Source: Lepidodermella squamata
Taxonomy: Eukaryota > Animalia > Gastrotricha
Direction of reading: 5' to 3'
NCBI GenBank assembly: GCA_047495785.1
Contig: JBLDXI010000024.1
Span: forward strand, 4,526,001-4,590,000
DNA: 64,000 nt
Position 1 is the stretch's first letter; each line of letters begins with the position of its first letter. The position numbers and the translations under genes are program-made. Under the pieces are notes generated by a model that was given only the letters and a program-made list of their open reading frames with translations, ran no database searches and had not been told where the DNA came from. Positions 61,801 through 64,000 of this stretch are shown here, piece by piece.

Positions 61801-63307
61801 ATGTGTCATCTGATGACGCGCCGTGGAGTTATCGCAAGGATTCCAACGGAGTTCTCTACTCGGGCTGGTCTGCTGACTATAAAACCGGTGGCTACTACGT
61901 CGACCTACCTTCAAAAATGTGGAGGGCCAAGCAACTGGTAGCCAATCTGAAAGCTGGGAGATGGCTTGACAACTCAACTTCAGTCCTATTCGTCGATTTT
62001 ATCTTGTACAACTCACAAATCAATTTGTTTTTGACTGTGAAAGTCGTATTTGAGGCCCTGTCAGCCGGTGGGATGAACTACCACACGAGAGTTTACCCGC
62101 TACAACTGTACCAATACTCTGGGGCTAGTAGCATTTTGATCTTCATAATTCAAGGCATTTGGATAATACTGCTGATATCTGTGACTATCAAAGCTGTTTA
62201 TTCAATGAAAAAACATGGGCCTAAACAGCATTTGAAGGATGGTTGGAATGTATTGGAACTTGTCTCGATCGCCATAGCTTACGGCATTGTCGGTCTCTTC
62301 GTTGCGAGGATTTCTAGCATTATCAAAATGATCAATAGAATGCAGACTGATCGATCATCCCACACTAATCTCGACCTACTGGTCAATTGGGACGAAATAA
62401 TGGCTAACCTCTACGGCTTGACCTTCTTCATGACCATGATGCTGTTCTTCCGAAATCTGAAATTCAACAAATATTGGTGCATGTTTTTGGCTACTTTATC
62501 GAGGGGTAGGAATGACCTGCTTTCATTTATCATTGTGTTCACCATCATCACAATGATGTTCTCTGGCTTGGGCTATTTGACTCTTGGGGCAACTCAAACC
62601 GAGTTCAGATCGGTAACAGCTTCAATAATGACCCTACTGCAAAATGTGATCGGTGTAACTGGGACTTTGATCTCCCTCGGCACAAAGTCTCGGTTGATCA
62701 TGATCTACTGCATCGCCTACTCTTCGATCGTAATGTTTTTAGCTGTCCAGATTTTCATGACCATCATAACTGTGACGTATGATCATGTTACTGACGACGT
62801 TGAGCATAACACTAACTGGGACAAAGAGGTGTCGGAATACATGGTCAAGGAATTTAAGAAGTTGATAACCAGAAAGCAGTCTAAGGAAGATATAGGAATC
62901 GACCTGTTAGTTAATGACAGCTCCTTTCCCGAACGTAAGTATAACATTGATGTCTCAAAATTTTTTAACTAACCCTTACATTTGCAGTTGATGAAGCATT
63001 GAATCGGCTTTTGCAACGTGTCGACGCCGTTGCGAAGAATGCTCCACTCATCGAGGAGGATAAACGAGTTGCGTGTAACATCCGCTGGGCCGAGCAGTAT
63101 CTCAGCCTATCGCGCGCAAAATCTGCGAAGCCCGATGTCCGACAACCCTCGGCAACATTCACTATAACGTCAGACGAAGTTGGAGCCCGGCGTCCTAAAA
63201 AGATTCCAAAACGAAGACCTTCAGTTGAACCCATCTTCACGGCAAGACTACCCGGTGGCTTCGCCTATTATGAGTTTCTCAGCCGGTTCAGTGAGCACAA
63301 CGTTTAA
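52879..63307 (+). CDS. Polycystin-1-like receptor/channel subunit B (multi-exon): SP-EGF-F5/8C-EGF-like-FReDx3-degenerate CCP-FReD-PAN-CCPx3-EGF-Thr-rich stalk-GAIN-like-TM1-PLAT-TM2-5-polycystin channel
   Basis: Leader MGIEILGFSLIFLFTSRAVEG (52879-52942); phase-compatible exons. Membrane half is collinear with and strongly similar to gene A ([45 protein letters not shown]). Stop 63305-63307; AATAAA at ~63535. Confidence 0.9.
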
Positions 63308-63891
63308 CGTTCGGAAGTGGCCGACTCTTTAACTATACTAACTTTTCTGCCCCATTTAAAAGTCTGCTAATCAGACGAAAGACAAATTTGATTTGGTTAA
63401 AGTGTGAAAGCCTATTCATAGGATGGCATTGGTTGCAAGTACTTTAAAGCGTCAGTCAGAAAACTCTGGTAGTCTTTTGCTGACCTAATATGTCGCAGTA
63501 AACAATTATGTTATCGACATTCGAAATAACTATGAATAAACGCATTCAAAATTTTAGATCATGAATATCAAGAGTTTGGGGCTGCCCTAGCCTTTAATCT
63601 GTTCTCCTGTTATATGTCTTTATTCGAAGTTCTTAGCGGCCATTTGCTAAGCAAAATCGGGTTTTGGAATTTGAGGATGAAGTTTTATAGCTTTTTTAAC
63701 GTTTCACGTTAGATAGTAGGTTCAAATATCTATCTTTGTCATTAAATGCTTCCTAGCCATAATAACGCCGCATGTTCGGCCGATCTCCATCGTTTTGCAG
63801 TTATAATTAACCCCAGTTTCGGAATGCTGATATTCGGTATTTGAACCTACTGAACGCGATTAAAGGAACGAGCTACGCCACTGGAAAAAAG

Positions 63892-63892
<1 letters not shown>

Positions 63893-63930
<38 letters not shown>
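63893..63930. repeat. (CA)19 microsatellite
   Basis: Perfect CA dinucleotide run. Confidence 0.98.
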
Positions 63931-63932
<2 letters not shown>

Positions 63933-64000
63933 GTAAAGTAAGAAAATGTTTATTGATTGAAGTACGCATTCATTTGATAATGAGTTTCAATTAATTCGGT

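Noticed and set aside
1-64000. Prokaryotic systems (CRISPR arrays, operons, defence islands)
   Set aside because: Sequence is intron-containing animal DNA; no repeat-spacer array or bacterial-type genes seen.

Overview
Eukaryotic (metazoan, most likely invertebrate) genomic DNA with short GT-AG introns (mostly ~50-60 nt). The window holds a three-gene paralogous cluster. Two apparently intact polycystin-1-like (PKD1L-type, 11-TM, PLAT + polycystin channel domain) genes lie on the + strand (~3424-17090 and ~52879-63307). Their ectodomains are built from EGF, F5/8-type C (discoidin), four fibrinogen C-terminal (FReD) domains, PAN/apple and sushi/CCP modules. Between them, a giant - strand gene (~37135-20540) carries the same F5/8-FReD-PAN-CCP cassette plus ~10 C-type lectin domains, but no visible TM/channel part. 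In both channel genes the GPS autoproteolysis motif has decayed (HLT/S replaced by YFG, GPS Cys/Trp lost) and an RRRR furin-type site sits just upstream. Upstream of the secreted gene are three duplicated leader+EGF 5' cassettes (poly-Gly, degenerate, (Gly-Met)9), all ending in phase-1 donors, and two of them share conserved promoter motifs: a candidate variable-first-exon system. Also present: three tRNA genes (Arg-ACG, Pro-CGG, Ser-AGA), two degenerate tRNA-like elements, many MITEs (including an 8-bp-TSD CATAGAG family with an empty-site paralog and a 24-bp footprint), a Harbinger transposase fragment, non-LTR RT remnants and a (CA)n microsatellite. Exon models were assembled by eye and are approximate; no database search was run.
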